From an uncultured Gemmatimonadales bacterium (GTDB lineage: Bacteria > Gemmatimonadota > Gemmatimonadetes > Gemmatimonadales > GWC2-71-9): DNA of 64,000 nt. This document shows, one piece after another, positions 28,599-39,344 of the stretch. The stretch lies in the NCBI GenBank assembly GCA_963748815.1, contig CAVVKJ010000017.1:63567-127566 (forward strand), given 5' to 3'. Position 1 is the stretch's first letter; each line of letters opens with the position of its first letter. The translations under genes were made by a program, and so were the position numbers. Under the pieces are notes generated by a model that saw only the letters and a list, made by a program, of their open reading frames with translations, ran no database searches and was not told where the DNA came from.

Positions 28599-30379
28599 GC
28601 CGTCCGCCTGTGGAAGCTGGCGAGCCCGACTTCGATGAGTCCGAGCAGCAAGGCCAGCCAGAGCAGCGGGCCGCGGAGATGCGCTCGCGCCCCGGCGGCG
28701 AACGCCGCTTCCCCAAGGCGCGGGAGCGGGACGAGGCGCGCCCCGGGCCAGAGCGCCTCGAGTTGCGCGCGCGGTGCGGTCCGCAACTCCGATTCTCGGG
28801 GATCAAGATTGACGGCGAGGGCGCCCAGTGTGTCGGCGCCTGACTGGAGCAGGTAGATCCCGGTGGCCGGCGGGCGCCAGGACGCGCCCCCTTCCACCCG
28901 CCAGACCCGGCCGCCCTCAGTCACGATATCCACGTTGTCGGGAAGGCGGACCGGTTCACCAGGCGATCCCGTCACCAGCGCCTGCTCGCCCCGCACCAGA
29001 CGGTTGGCCAGCGCGTCGACCAGCGGCACGAACGCCGTCGAGGTGGGCAAGCCGGTCCAGGCCGGTTCGAGCCGGCTGCCCAGGAGGACGACGTCGCCCG
29101 CGCGGACGATCCACGGCTCTCCCGCGACTGTGGCCTCGATGCCGCGCGCCGCACCGCCGAGGTACGTGAGCTGGAGCCGGCGGCTCACCCGCGTGGATGG
29201 CAGGAGCAGACCGCTGTCGCTCCGCTGTTCCCGGACCACCGGTCCCCCGAATCGCCACGGGACTCCGCGGCGCTCGAGGGCGCGGTTGAGGGACCCGAGC
29301 GCGGCGAGGTCGGTCGGGGGCTGCACCACTGAAGCGCCGGCGCCCAGCCACCCGAGGGTCACCTCCGTTCCCTGCTGCAGCCGCCCTCCCTCCCGCAGGG
29401 TCGCGGCCGCCGCCGAGATGTAGGTGTCCGCCGGATCCCACTGCGCACTCGCCACCGGCAGCACCCGCACGAGCGTGCGACGGCGATCATCGGCCCGGAA
29501 CTCGTCGGGATCGAGTTCGGCGCTGAGCGGCCACCAGCCGGCCACGGGGGCTGCGACCATCACCTCGAGCGTGGGACCGACGGTCGCCAGCTGCGGACGA
29601 CTGGCACGGTCCCCGAGTTGAACGGCCATCGGAGCGGTGCGACCGGAATCCCCGAGCAGCCGAACCCGGACGCGAGTGTCCCCCGGCGACCACGGCTGCG
29701 GGCCGGGCTCGAGTGCGGCGACACCGAGGTTCGGGGGCGAAACAATGCCGGGGAGGCCGACCACCAGTGGCACCCCCACGTCCGCCGCGGACAGCGCGCT
29801 GCCCTGCAGGTCGGAGAGGAGGATGATTTCCGCCGGGCGATCCGCGGTGGCGGCAAGGTCGCGCGCCTGGGTGAGCGCCGCCCCCAGGTCGAGGCGGATC
29901 TCGGACGGGCGCAACGAATCGACCGCCGCCCTCAGTGTCTCCTCTGAGGCGCGCCGGGCGAGTCCATCGGCGGTCACCAGCCAGAGGGCGTCCTCCGGCG
30001 TGGCCTTGTCGAGCACCGCGCTGGCCGCCTGACGGAGCCGATCGAGCATCGGGGTCCCGTCGGTGACGGCGCCGCTGCTGGGCGAGTTGTCGAGCACCAG
30101 CACCAGCGCCGTCGGCGCGTGACCGCTCAGGCCGTCACGGGCGAGGGTCGGGCCGGCCGCCGCCAGGAGCAGCGCCAGCATCAGGAGGGTGCGGACGAGG
30201 AGGAGGAGCCAGTGCTGGAGCTTGAGGCGGCGGCGATGGTCCCGGGTGACCTGCTGGAGATACCGCACGGCCGGGAACGGGACGGTCGGGGGCTGCCGGC
30301 GGGCCACGAGGTGCAGGATGAGCGGCAGGCTCGCCAGGGGAAGCGCCCAAAGCCAAAGGGGATTGAGAAACCCCGTCAT
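28595..30379 (-). CDS. BatA/vWA domain membrane protein
   Basis: FLNP..LW.L....P.ILHL; DNSPS MIDAS-like motif; LSD.Q; N...RES and a C-terminal TM helix. Confidence 0.85.
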   Translation of the reverse strand: MTGFLNPLWLWALPLASLPLILHLVARRQPPTVPFPAVRYLQQVTRDHRRRLKLQHWLLLLVRTLLMLALLLAAAGPTLARDGLSGHAPTALVLVLDNSPSSGAVTDGTPMLDRLRQAASAVLDKATPEDALWLVTADGLARRASEETLRAAVDSLRPSEIRLDLGAALTQARDLAATADRPAEIILLSDLQGSALSAADVGVPLVVGLPGIVSPPNLGVAALEPGPQPWSPGDTRVRVRLLGDSGRTAPMAVQLGDRASRPQLATVGPTLEVMVAAPVAGWWPLSAELDPDEFRADDRRRTLVRVLPVASAQWDPADTYISAAAATLREGGRLQQGTEVTLGWLGAGASVVQPPTDLAALGSLNRALERRGVPWRFGGPVVREQRSDSGLLLPSTRVSRRLQLTYLGGAARGIEATVAGEPWIVRAGDVVLLGSRLEPAWTGLPTSTAFVPLVDALANRLVRGEQALVTGSPGEPVRLPDNVDIVTEGGRVWRVEGGASWRPPATGIYLLQSGADTLGALAVNLDPRESELRTAPRAQLEALWPGARLVPLPRLGEAAFAAGARAHLRGPLLWLALLLGLIEVGLASFHRRTA

Positions 30380-31293
30380 GCGATGCCGCCGGGCCGGACC
30401 AGGGCCTCACGCAACGCCTGACCAAAGGGAAGATCGGTCCTGATCGCGTGGTACCGGATCCCCTCGCGACGGAGCGACACCCGCCAGTCGGTGATGGCCT
30501 GCCCGACCGTCGCGCGGTAGACCTCGGCCCAGTCGCGCGGTCGCAGGATCACCGCATCCGCTGTCTCCGGGTCCTCGTAGCGGACCTCGGCCGGCCCATC
30601 CAGCTCCAACTCCGCCGGGTCGAGCAGGTGAAGCACCAGCACGGAGTGCCCACGATGGCGGAGGAACTTGAGCGCATGCAGGGCGGGCGCGCGGTCGAGG
30701 AGCAGGTCGGAGACGAATACCACCAGCCCGCGGCGGCGGAGTCGCTCGACCACCCCGTGCAGCGCGGGGGCGGCGGCCGTCATTCGTCCCGGGGAGAGGG
30801 TGGCGAGCGCAGCGGCGAGGCGCATCCAATGCGCGCGGCTCACGCGCGGGGGGAGGGTGAGTCGCACGGTCTCGTCGAAGGCCACCAGCCCGGTCGCGTC
30901 CCGCTGGCGGAGCAGGACCAGGGAAAGCGCCGCGCAAAGGCGGCGGGCATACTCGAACTTGGAGAGCCGGGACTCCGGAGCACCTGACCAGTCCATCGAT
31001 CGGCTGGCGTCGAGGACGACCATCGCCCGAAGGTTGGTCTCCTCCTCGAACTGCTTGACGTACAACCGGTCCTTCCGGCCGAGGAGCTTCCAGTCGACGT
31101 AGCGGAGTTCGTCGCCGGGCTGGTACATCCTGTGCTCGGCAAATTCGACGGAGAAGCCGCGGCGGGGGGAGCGATGCAGCCCGGCCAGAAACCCCTCCAC
31201 GAGCCCTTCAGTCACGACCTCCAGTCCGCCGAGGCGGGAAACCTCGAAGGGGTCGAGCAGGTCGAGCCGGGCGGCGCCGTGGGTGGTGGCCAT
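30376..31293 (-). CDS. DUF58 domain protein
   Basis: G.HRS..RG.SVEFAEHR.Y.PGD..R.VDW, KQFEEE, DASRSM. Confidence 0.92.
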   Translation of the reverse strand: MATTHGAARLDLLDPFEVSRLGGLEVVTEGLVEGFLAGLHRSPRRGFSVEFAEHRMYQPGDELRYVDWKLLGRKDRLYVKQFEEETNLRAMVVLDASRSMDWSGAPESRLSKFEYARRLCAALSLVLLRQRDATGLVAFDETVRLTLPPRVSRAHWMRLAAALATLSPGRMTAAAPALHGVVERLRRRGLVVFVSDLLLDRAPALHALKFLRHRGHSVLVLHLLDPAELELDGPAEVRYEDPETADAVILRPRDWAEVYRATVGQAITDWRVSLRREGIRYHAIRTDLPFGQALREALVRPGGIA

Positions 31294-31438
31294 GCGGGCG
31301 GCAACGTACCGGGGAATGACGCGGGAAGTCAACGCGGACCCGGGATGTACCCCGAGGGGGACATCGGCGGCCGGTTCGTGCCGGCCCGGAAATGGCGCAA
31401 ACGCTTGTCGGGGATGATATTATGAGCCGGTTGATGGG

Positions 31439-31454
31439 TGGCACGCGCCCTGCT
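31439..31454 (+). promoter_or_regulatory. Putative sigma54 (-24/-12) promoter TGGCACG-CGCC-CTGCT
   Basis: Matches TGGCACG-N4-TTGCW with one mismatch; 42 nt upstream of an AGGAGG-GTG start. Confidence 0.6.
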
Positions 31455-31496
31455 TACCTCTGCAGGTCTCGACGTGGTTGTCATCCAGGAGGTTTC

Positions 31497-31832
31497 GTGC
31501 TGGTTCCCCTGTTCCTGCTCTCCATGGCCGCTGCCCAGACTCCGACGCCGAAGCCGGCGGCGGAGCCGCCGCGCGCGGAGCAGGAGCAGAAGCCGAAGCA
31601 GGAACCCGCCAAGGCGGCACCCCAGAAAGCCCAGGACCCTGCCCCAAAATCGGCACCGAAACAGCAGCCAAAGTCCGCGACTCCCTCGAAACCGAAGCAG
31701 GCGGCCCCGCCCCGACCATCGGGTGGTAGCACCGGGCCGTCCCGGTCCTCGGCCCCCCGCACCAGCCCCAGCGCACCCCGATCTCCTCCGAAGGCGACGG
31801 GGGAACCGAAGCTCAAACGTCGGAAGCCCTGA
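31497..31832 (+). CDS. Small secreted Pro/Ala/Lys-rich disordered protein ending TGEPKLKRRKP
   Basis: AGGAGG RBS, GTG start, short signal-like N-terminus (LVPLFLLSMAAA-Q), low-complexity body. Confidence 0.65.
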   Translation: MLVPLFLLSMAAAQTPTPKPAAEPPRAEQEQKPKQEPAKAAPQKAQDPAPKSAPKQQPKSATPSKPKQAAPPRPSGGSTGPSRSSAPRTSPSAPRSPPKATGEPKLKRRKP

Positions 31833-31943
31833 AACTCCCACCCCGCTCGAGCCGTAGCGACACCGGGCCCGGCACGCGTAGTTTGCCTGCCGGGCCAACT
31901 CGTATTCCCGATTGACTGACTCACTCATCGACCGAGACCACGC

Positions 31944-33488
31944 ATGCGATACCTGCTCACCTTCGCCCTGTTCACCGCGTCTCCCCTCGCCGCCCAGGCG
32001 CCCGCCACCGTCGTCCCGCCGCCCACGTCGGCGGTCAAGAATGCGGCGGCGACCATCACGGCGGCGGACGTGGCCAAGCGCGTCAACATCATCGCCGACG
32101 ACTCGATGATGGGCCGAGACACCCCGAGCCCGGGGCTCGAGATGACCGCGCAGTACGTGGCCGACCAGTTCAAGGCGTTCGGCCTCAAGCCGGGCGGCGA
32201 GAACGGCAGCTGGTTCCAGCGCTATGAAATCATGCAGACCCAGTTCGACCCCGCCGCGTCCCACGTCGGCTTCATGGCCGGCGGGAAGCACGTCCATGCG
32301 GACTTCACGACCAACGCCCGGTTCCTCTTCGGTTCGCCGCCCGCAAAGGAAGTCGGCGGGGCGGTGGTGGTGCTCGGCGGCACTCCGGACGAGGCGGCGC
32401 TGGAGCGCGTGGACGCCAAGGGAAAGGTCGTCGTGCTGGTGATGGACTACAGCAAGGGCCCGGCCGCAGGCGGGTGGGGAAAGATGATCGGGGCGCTGTT
32501 TGGGCTGGATCCGGTGGGAATCGTGATGCTGACCAACCGCGACTCCGCCGGGTGGGCCAACCGGATGAAGCCCCCCTATCGAAAGGGCGTCCGCCTCGGT
32601 GGCGAGTCCGCCCGGCCTCCGATCGTGGAGGTGAATGACGCCGCGCTGGCGGCGGTCCTCGCCAGCGGCGGGGTGGACGTCGCCAAGCTCCGCGCGGACA
32701 CCACGATGGTGGTGCTGGTGGACCCGAGCCTCAAGGTGATGCTCGACCTGAAGGAGACGGTGCTCAACAAGACCACCGCCCCGAACACCATCGGCATCCT
32801 GGAAGGCACCGACCCGACCCTCAAGCACGAATACCTGGTGTACTCCGGCCACATGGACCACGTCGGCATCTCCTCCGGCAAGCCCGACAGCATCAACAAC
32901 GGCGCCGATGACGACGCCTCCGGGACGGTCGGCGTGGTGGAACTGGCCGAGGCGTTCAGCCGGCCCGGCGCGCGCACCAAGCGCTCCATCCTGTTCATCA
33001 CCGTCAGCGGCGAGGAGAAGGGGCTCTGGGGCAGTGCGCACTTCACCAAGAACCCGACGGTCCCGATCAAGGACATGGTGGCGGACATCAACATCGACAT
33101 GATCGGCCGCAACTGGCCGGACACCATCGTGGCCATCGGCCGGGAGCACTCCGACCTGGGGCAGACGCTGGAAGCCGTCAACGCGCAGCATCCTGAACTC
33201 GGGATGACCGCCATCGACGACAAGTGGCCCGAAGAGAACTTCTACGGCCGCTCCGACCACTACAACTTCGCGAAGAACGGCGTGCCGATCCTCTTCTTCT
33301 TCAATGGCGTGCACGAGGACTACCACCAGCCCTCCGACTCGCCCGACAAGATCGATTCCGACAAGGAGTCGAGGATCCTCCAGCTGCTCTTCTACCTCGG
33401 CCAGGCGGTCGCCAACAATCCGCAGCGGCCGCAGTGGAACCCGGACAGCTACGCCAAGATCGTCCAACCGCCGAAACCGGCGTCGTGA
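31944..33488 (+). CDS. M28 family peptidase (secreted)
   Basis: GR.T.SPG, SGHMDH, NGADDDASG, SGEEKGLWGS, NIDMIGR, RSDHYNF, DYHQPSD. Confidence 0.93.
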   Translation: MRYLLTFALFTASPLAAQAPATVVPPPTSAVKNAAATITAADVAKRVNIIADDSMMGRDTPSPGLEMTAQYVADQFKAFGLKPGGENGSWFQRYEIMQTQFDPAASHVGFMAGGKHVHADFTTNARFLFGSPPAKEVGGAVVVLGGTPDEAALERVDAKGKVVVLVMDYSKGPAAGGWGKMIGALFGLDPVGIVMLTNRDSAGWANRMKPPYRKGVRLGGESARPPIVEVNDAALAAVLASGGVDVAKLRADTTMVVLVDPSLKVMLDLKETVLNKTTAPNTIGILEGTDPTLKHEYLVYSGHMDHVGISSGKPDSINNGADDDASGTVGVVELAEAFSRPGARTKRSILFITVSGEEKGLWGSAHFTKNPTVPIKDMVADINIDMIGRNWPDTIVAIGREHSDLGQTLEAVNAQHPELGMTAIDDKWPEENFYGRSDHYNFAKNGVPILFFFNGVHEDYHQPSDSPDKIDSDKESRILQLLFYLGQAVANNPQRPQWNPDSYAKIVQPPKPAS

Positions 33489-35023
33489 AGGCGGTCTCAC
33501 GGCTGACGCTGGCGGGGTTGGTTCTCCTGGCGGCGAGCGCTCCGCTCGCCGCCCAGAGCAAGGACGTGAAGAAGGCCGCGGCCTCGATCACGGAAAAGGA
33601 TGTCCGTCGGCGTATTGACCTCATCGCCGACGATTCGATGATGGGGCGTGACACGCCGAGTCCGGGGCTGGACGAGGCGGCGGCATACATCGCCTCGCAG
33701 TTCAAGTCGTTCGGCCTGCGGCCCGGGGGCGACAGCGGCACGTATGTGCAGCGCTTCCCCCTGATCCTGCGGCAGTTGCAGGCCGACAAGTCGTACGTCG
33801 AGTTCACCGACCTGGAGGGCGACGGCCTCGTCCTCCTCCCGTTTGCCACCTCGGTCGTCCAGCACGCGGGCGAGCAGACCGGGCAGCCGGTCACCGCGGA
33901 CCTGGTGCTGCTGGGAGGCCCGCCCAACCCGGAGCAGTTCCCCGCCGACAGCCTGGTCGCGGGGAAGATCCTGGCTTGGGTGGTGCACTGGGCGGATCTG
34001 CCGAAGTTCGCGAACGCCATCCTCATGAAGGCCATCGGGGCCGGCGCGGTCGGCGTGATTGCCCTGACGGACCGCGACACGACGACGATCGCCGGCGTGG
34101 CCGCGAAGGCGGCACGGGTCCGGGTGTCGCGCGAGCAGGAGGGAAGTCAGCGACCCGGCATCCCGCCCGTAGTGGAGGTGTCCCAGAGCGCCATCATCGC
34201 GCAGTACCCCCTCGCGCTCGGGTTCTTCGAGCAATTCGCCGCCGACACCCAGATGGTGCTCCTGTCGCACACCGGCTGGGAAGTGACCGTCATGGCGGCG
34301 GACAGCGTGCTTGGCACCGCGACGGCCCCCAATGTCGTGGGCATCCTCCCGGGCACCGACGCCACGCTGCAGAGCGAATACGTGGTGTTTTCCGCCCACA
34401 TGGACCACATCGGCATCACGCCCGGGCAGCCGGACAGCATCAACAACGGCGCCGACGACGACGGGTCGGGGACGGTCGGCATCCTGGAGCTGGCCGAGGC
34501 GTTCACGCGAAAGAACGCGGCCACGAAGCGGTCGCTCATCTTCGTGACCGTCAGCGGCGAGGAAAAAGGGCTGTGGGGCAGCGCGTACTTCACGGCGCAC
34601 CCGCCGGTGCCGATCGACCAAGTCGTGGCCAATCTCAACATGGACATGATCGGGCGAAACTGGCCGGACACCGTCGAGACGATCGGCATGACGTTCTCCA
34701 GCCTGGGCCCCACGCTCGATTCGGTGGCCGGCGCTCACCCGCAGCTCGGCATGACCCCGGTCAACGACATGTCCCCCGAGGAGCGGCGGCTGTTCCGGTC
34801 CGACCACTACAACTTTGCGCGGGCCGGCGTCCCGATCCTCTATTTCACGAGCGGGCACCACCCCGACTACCACGAGGTGAGCGACTCGCCCGACAAGATC
34901 AACGCGGAGAAGGAAGCCCGGCTGCTGCAGCTGGTCTTCTGGATGGGCCAGGCGGTCGGCAACGGGGCCACCAAGCCGACCTGGAATCCCGGCGCGCTGG
35001 AGCAGGTGCGAAACGCCCGCTAG
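33485..35023 (+). CDS. M28 family peptidase (secreted), tandem paralog
   Basis: Same motifs: SAHMDH, NGADDDGSG, SGEEKGLWGS, RSDHYNF, DYHEVSD; GTGA overlap. Confidence 0.93.
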   Translation: MKAVSRLTLAGLVLLAASAPLAAQSKDVKKAAASITEKDVRRRIDLIADDSMMGRDTPSPGLDEAAAYIASQFKSFGLRPGGDSGTYVQRFPLILRQLQADKSYVEFTDLEGDGLVLLPFATSVVQHAGEQTGQPVTADLVLLGGPPNPEQFPADSLVAGKILAWVVHWADLPKFANAILMKAIGAGAVGVIALTDRDTTTIAGVAAKAARVRVSREQEGSQRPGIPPVVEVSQSAIIAQYPLALGFFEQFAADTQMVLLSHTGWEVTVMAADSVLGTATAPNVVGILPGTDATLQSEYVVFSAHMDHIGITPGQPDSINNGADDDGSGTVGILELAEAFTRKNAATKRSLIFVTVSGEEKGLWGSAYFTAHPPVPIDQVVANLNMDMIGRNWPDTVETIGMTFSSLGPTLDSVAGAHPQLGMTPVNDMSPEERRLFRSDHYNFARAGVPILYFTSGHHPDYHEVSDSPDKINAEKEARLLQLVFWMGQAVGNGATKPTWNPGALEQVRNAR

Positions 35024-35152
35024 GCCAGTCGTTTCTCGCGATGGTCGTTACCATTCAGGGGGTCCGGGACGGGCCCCCTGAGTGCTTGCGGGTACCGGCC
35101 CCGCTGCCCCGCTGCCCTGCCCCTTCACTACCCTGTCACCTCGAGTCGCACC

Positions 35153-35512
35153 ATGTCCAACGCCGCCCCCGGGTCCCTCGCCGAGTTCCGCGCCCTTCGC
35201 GAGCAGATGAACGCGACGATCCTCAACGCCGGCAACCTCACGATCAACCGCTTCTTCGCCCTCGACGGGCGGGCCTACGAAGCGGGGGCGCTGGGGGTCA
35301 AGACGAAGGAAATGCTGGGCCTGGTCTCCAGCATGGTGCTCCGCTGCGACGACTGCATCACCTACCACGTGGTGCGGTGCCGGGAGGAGGGGGTCACGCA
35401 GGAGGAGTTTCTCGAGGTCTTCAGCGTGGCGCTCATCGTGGGGGGCAGCATCGTGATTCCACACCTGCGGCGGGCGATGGCGCGACTGGAGGAATTGGCC
35501 GGCTCAGCCTGA
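35153..35512 (+). CDS. Carboxymuconolactone decarboxylase family protein
   Basis: [24 protein letters not shown]. Confidence 0.88.
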   Translation: MSNAAPGSLAEFRALREQMNATILNAGNLTINRFFALDGRAYEAGALGVKTKEMLGLVSSMVLRCDDCITYHVVRCREEGVTQEEFLEVFSVALIVGGSIVIPHLRRAMARLEELAGSA

Positions 35513-35537
35513 CCGTGGGTCCGTTATATTTGCGCCC

Positions 35538-37337
35538 ATGTCCCAATCCCGCATCCGGAATTTCTGCATCGTGGCGCACATCGACCACGGCAAGTCCACC
35601 CTGGCCGACCGCCTCATCGAAACGACGGGCGCAGTCCAGAAGCGGCAGATGCGGAGCCAGCTGCTCGACACGATGGACCTCGAGCGGGAACGGGGCATCA
35701 CCATCAAGCTGAACGCCGTGCGGATGTCGTACACCGCGCGCGACGGCATCGAGTACGAGCTCAACCTGATCGACACCCCCGGGCACGTGGACTTCACCTA
35801 CGAGGTGTCGCGCTCCCTGGCCGCCTGCGAAGGCGCGATCCTGGTGGTCGACGCCTCCCAGGGCATCCAGGCCCAGACGCTGAGCAACCTCTTCCTGGCC
35901 CTCGACGCCGGCCTCGAGATCATCCCGGTCCTCAACAAGATCGACCTCCCCGGCGCCGAGCCGGAAAAGCGCGCCCAGGAGATCATCGACCTCATCGGTG
36001 CCCGGCGGGAGGAGATCCTGAGCGTCTCGGCCAAGGAAGGCACCGGGGTGCCGGAGCTGCTCGAGGAAATCGTGGCCAAGGTGCCGGCGCCGCGCGGCCA
36101 GGAGGACGCTCCCCTGCGGGCGCTCATTTTCGACTCCTACTACGACCGCTACCGGGGCGCCGTGCCCAGCATCCGGGTGGTCGACGGCTCGGTGCGGAAG
36201 GGGATGACCATCGCGTTCGGGTCCCACCCCGCCGACGAGTATCGCGTCGAGGAAGTGGGATACCTGCAACTCGGGCAGCGGGAGGCCCCGGCCCTCGAGG
36301 CCGGCGAGGTGGGATACATCGTGGCGAGCCTGCGCGACGTGCGGGACGCGCGGGTCGGCGACACGATCCTCGACGCCGAGACGCCCACGACCGACCTGCT
36401 TCCCGGGTACCGTATCGTGAAGTCGATGGTCTTCGCGGGGGTCTACCCGACCGACTCGGACCAGTACGAGAACCTGCGCGACGCGCTTGAGAAGTTGCGC
36501 ATGAACGACGCCTCGCTGAACTACGAGCCCGAGGTGTCCACCGCGCTCGGGTTCGGCTTCCGGTGCGGTTTCCTGGGGCTGCTGCACCTCGAAATCGTGC
36601 AGGAGCGCCTGCAGCGTGAGTTCAACCTCGACCTGATCACGACGGTGCCGACCGTCGAGTATCACGTGTACACCACCGACGGTGCCATGATGGTCCTGTC
36701 GAACCCCACGAACCTCCCCGACCCGGCGTCCATCGCCCGGATCGACGAGCCATACGTGAAGGCCCGGATCATGGCGCCGGCCGACTACATCGGCGCCATC
36801 ATGAAGCTCGGCCAGGACCGGCGCGGCATCTACAACGGCATGCACTATCTCGACACCTCCCGCGTGGAGTTCGACTTCGAGTTTCCACTGGGAGAAATCG
36901 TCCTCGATTTCTACGACCGGTTGAAGTCCATCAGCCGGGGCTACGCGTCCCTCGACTACGAAATGGCCGACTTCCGCGAGTCGGACCTGGTCAAGCTCGA
37001 CCTGCTGCTCAACGGGGACCAGATCGACGCCTTCAGCGTCATCATCCATCGCGACAAGGCGTACGAGTTCGGCCGGAAGATGGCGGAAAAGCTGAAGGAG
37101 CTCATCCCTCGGCAGCTCTACGCCGTGGCCATCCAGGCCGCGATCGGCCAGAAGGTCATCGCCCGGGAATCGATCAGCGCCTTCCGGAAGGACGTCCTCG
37201 CCAAGTGCTACGGCGGCGACATCACCCGGAAGCGGAAGCTTCTCGAAAAGCAGAAGGAAGGCAAGAAGCGGATGAAGCAGATCGGCGCGGTGGAAATTCC
37301 CCAGGAAGCGTTCCTGGCCGTGCTGAAGGTCGACTAG
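35538..37337 (+). CDS. lepA: Elongation factor 4
   Basis: [49 protein letters not shown]. Confidence 0.99.
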   Translation: MSQSRIRNFCIVAHIDHGKSTLADRLIETTGAVQKRQMRSQLLDTMDLERERGITIKLNAVRMSYTARDGIEYELNLIDTPGHVDFTYEVSRSLAACEGAILVVDASQGIQAQTLSNLFLALDAGLEIIPVLNKIDLPGAEPEKRAQEIIDLIGARREEILSVSAKEGTGVPELLEEIVAKVPAPRGQEDAPLRALIFDSYYDRYRGAVPSIRVVDGSVRKGMTIAFGSHPADEYRVEEVGYLQLGQREAPALEAGEVGYIVASLRDVRDARVGDTILDAETPTTDLLPGYRIVKSMVFAGVYPTDSDQYENLRDALEKLRMNDASLNYEPEVSTALGFGFRCGFLGLLHLEIVQERLQREFNLDLITTVPTVEYHVYTTDGAMMVLSNPTNLPDPASIARIDEPYVKARIMAPADYIGAIMKLGQDRRGIYNGMHYLDTSRVEFDFEFPLGEIVLDFYDRLKSISRGYASLDYEMADFRESDLVKLDLLLNGDQIDAFSVIIHRDKAYEFGRKMAEKLKELIPRQLYAVAIQAAIGQKVIARESISAFRKDVLAKCYGGDITRKRKLLEKQKEGKKRMKQIGAVEIPQEAFLAVLKVD

Positions 37338-37352
37338 CCCTCTCACCCACTG

Positions 37353-38369
37353 ATGCCCATGCGCCCCGGCCCCGTGCTCGTCATCCAGACCGCGTTCCTC
37401 GGCGACGTCGTCCTCACCACCCCCCTCCTCGCGCGCCTCGCCGCGCGCTACGGGCCGGTGGATGTCGTCACCACCCCCGCCGCCGCGGAACTGCTCGAGA
37501 CGCACCCGGCGGTGCGCCAGGTCATCCCCTACGACAAGCGCGGCGCGGACCGCGGCGTCGGCGGCTTCCGTCGAGTGGCCGAACGCCTCGCCGGCACCCG
37601 GTACGCCGCCGTGTTCCTGCCGCACCGCTCGTGGCGCTCGGCCGCCCTCGCGTTCTGCGCCCACGTGCCGGAACGGATCGGATTCGACGACAGCCCCGCC
37701 GCCATGCTCTACACCGAGCGTGTCCCACGGCCTCGCGGGGGCCACGAGAGCGCCCGGATCCTGGCGCTCGCCGCGGGCGGGAGCCCGGCCGGACCGGCCC
37801 CGGCGGTCAGCCTGGCCTTGACCGACGCCGATCGCGCGGCCGCGGACACCTGGCTGCAGCAGCGGGGCATCACTGGAGCCTTCGTGGCCGTCGCCCCCGG
37901 CTCGATCTGGGGCACCAAGCGGTGGCCCGGGTACGGCGAGCTCGTCGCGCGGCTGAAGCAGCCGGTGGTAGTCCTCGGCAGCGCCGCAGACGGCGCGCTG
38001 GCCGACGAGGTGGCGTCCGCGGCGGCAGGGCGTGCCCACTCCGCCGCCGGGGCGCTGTCGCTCCGCGAGTCGGCCGCCATCATTGCCCGCGCGGCCATGC
38101 TCGTGACGAACGACTCGGCGCCGCTCCACCTGGCCACCGGTGTCGGCACCCCGGTCGTGGCGGTGTTCGGCCCGACCACCCCCTCCCAGGGGTTTGGGCC
38201 CATCGGCGCCGGCAGCCGCGTTGTCCAGGAGCAGGGGCTCTGGTGCCGGCCCTGCTCGCCGCACGGTCCAGCCATCTGCCCGTTCGGCCACCACGCCTGC
38301 ATGCAGGGCATCGGCGTGGACCGGGTCCTGGCCGCGGTTACCGCGCTTCCGTCCGCCGCCGCGCACTGA
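37353..38369 (+). CDS. Glycosyltransferase family 9 (LPS heptosyltransferase II-like)
   Basis: TAFLGDVVL, APGS.W.TKRWP, NDSAPLHLA, VFGPT. Confidence 0.9.
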   Translation: MPMRPGPVLVIQTAFLGDVVLTTPLLARLAARYGPVDVVTTPAAAELLETHPAVRQVIPYDKRGADRGVGGFRRVAERLAGTRYAAVFLPHRSWRSAALAFCAHVPERIGFDDSPAAMLYTERVPRPRGGHESARILALAAGGSPAGPAPAVSLALTDADRAAADTWLQQRGITGAFVAVAPGSIWGTKRWPGYGELVARLKQPVVVLGSAADGALADEVASAAAGRAHSAAGALSLRESAAIIARAAMLVTNDSAPLHLATGVGTPVVAVFGPTTPSQGFGPIGAGSRVVQEQGLWCRPCSPHGPAICPFGHHACMQGIGVDRVLAAVTALPSAAAH

Positions 38370-38370
38370 C

Positions 38371-39342
38371 GTGGAATACATCCTCGGCATCGACGTCGGC
38401 GGAACGAACCTCGTCGCGGGATGCGTGGCCAGTGACGGGTCGCGCCTCGAGGGGTTGTTCACCGAACCGACCCGCGCCGAGGAAGGGGCCGACGGGGTCG
38501 TGGCCCGGTTGCTGGCGCTCGGACAGCGCTCCCGTGCGGCGCTCGCCGCCGCAGTGCCGGGTGCCATGGTGTCCGGTGTCGGCGTCGGTTCCCCCGGTCC
38601 CCTCGACACGGAGCGAGGCATCGTCCTCCTCACACCGAACCTGGGCTGGGTCGATTTTCCGCTCCGCGACCGCGTCTCGGCGGGGCTCCAGCTGCCGGCC
38701 TCACTGGACAACGACGCCAACTGCGCGGTGCTCGGTGAGCACTGGCGCGGGGCTGCACGCGGAACGCGCCAGGCCATCGGCATCACGATCGGCACCGGCA
38801 TCGGCGGCGGGATCATCCTCGACGGCACGCTCTATCACGGCGCCTCGGACTGTGCCGGAGAAATCGGGCACACCACCATCGAGATGAACGGCCGCCGCTG
38901 CGCCTGCGGCAACTACGGCTGCCTCGAAGCCTACGCGTCGGGTCCCGCCATCGCGCGGCGGGCGGTGGAAGCGGTCGAACGCGGCGCCGAGAGCTCCCTT
39001 CGGGCGTTGCTGGACGCGGACCCCGCCTCGATTACGGCGCAGGTGGTCTACGAGGCCGCCGAAGCCGGCGACAGCCTGGCCCGGGAAGTGGTGCAGGACA
39101 CGGCACGCATCCTCGGCGCGGCCATCGCCAACCTGGTCAACGTCTTCAACCCCGAGGTCGTGGTGGTGTGCGGCGGGGTCACGCTCGCCGGCGAGAGCCT
39201 CTTCGCTCCGCTGCGCCGCGAGGTGACCCGACGCGCCTTCCGTCCCGCGGTGGAGGTGTGCCGAATCGTGCCCGGCGCGCTCACCGGATCCGCCGGGGTC
39301 TACGGCGCGGCGCGCTCCTTCCTCGACAGCCGCGCCGGGTGA
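38371..39342 (+). CDS. ROK family sugar kinase (glucokinase-like)
   Basis: GIDVGGT, NDANCA, GTGIGGG, GEIGH, CACGNYGCLE. Confidence 0.92.
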   Translation: MEYILGIDVGGTNLVAGCVASDGSRLEGLFTEPTRAEEGADGVVARLLALGQRSRAALAAAVPGAMVSGVGVGSPGPLDTERGIVLLTPNLGWVDFPLRDRVSAGLQLPASLDNDANCAVLGEHWRGAARGTRQAIGITIGTGIGGGIILDGTLYHGASDCAGEIGHTTIEMNGRRCACGNYGCLEAYASGPAIARRAVEAVERGAESSLRALLDADPASITAQVVYEAAEAGDSLAREVVQDTARILGAAIANLVNVFNPEVVVVCGGVTLAGESLFAPLRREVTRRAFRPAVEVCRIVPGALTGSAGVYGAARSFLDSRAG

Positions 39343-39344
39343 GC

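Noticed and set aside
31870..31890. Second sigma54-like site CGGCACGCGTAGTTTGC
   Set aside because: The GG-to-GC spacing does not fit the strict -24/-12 geometry.
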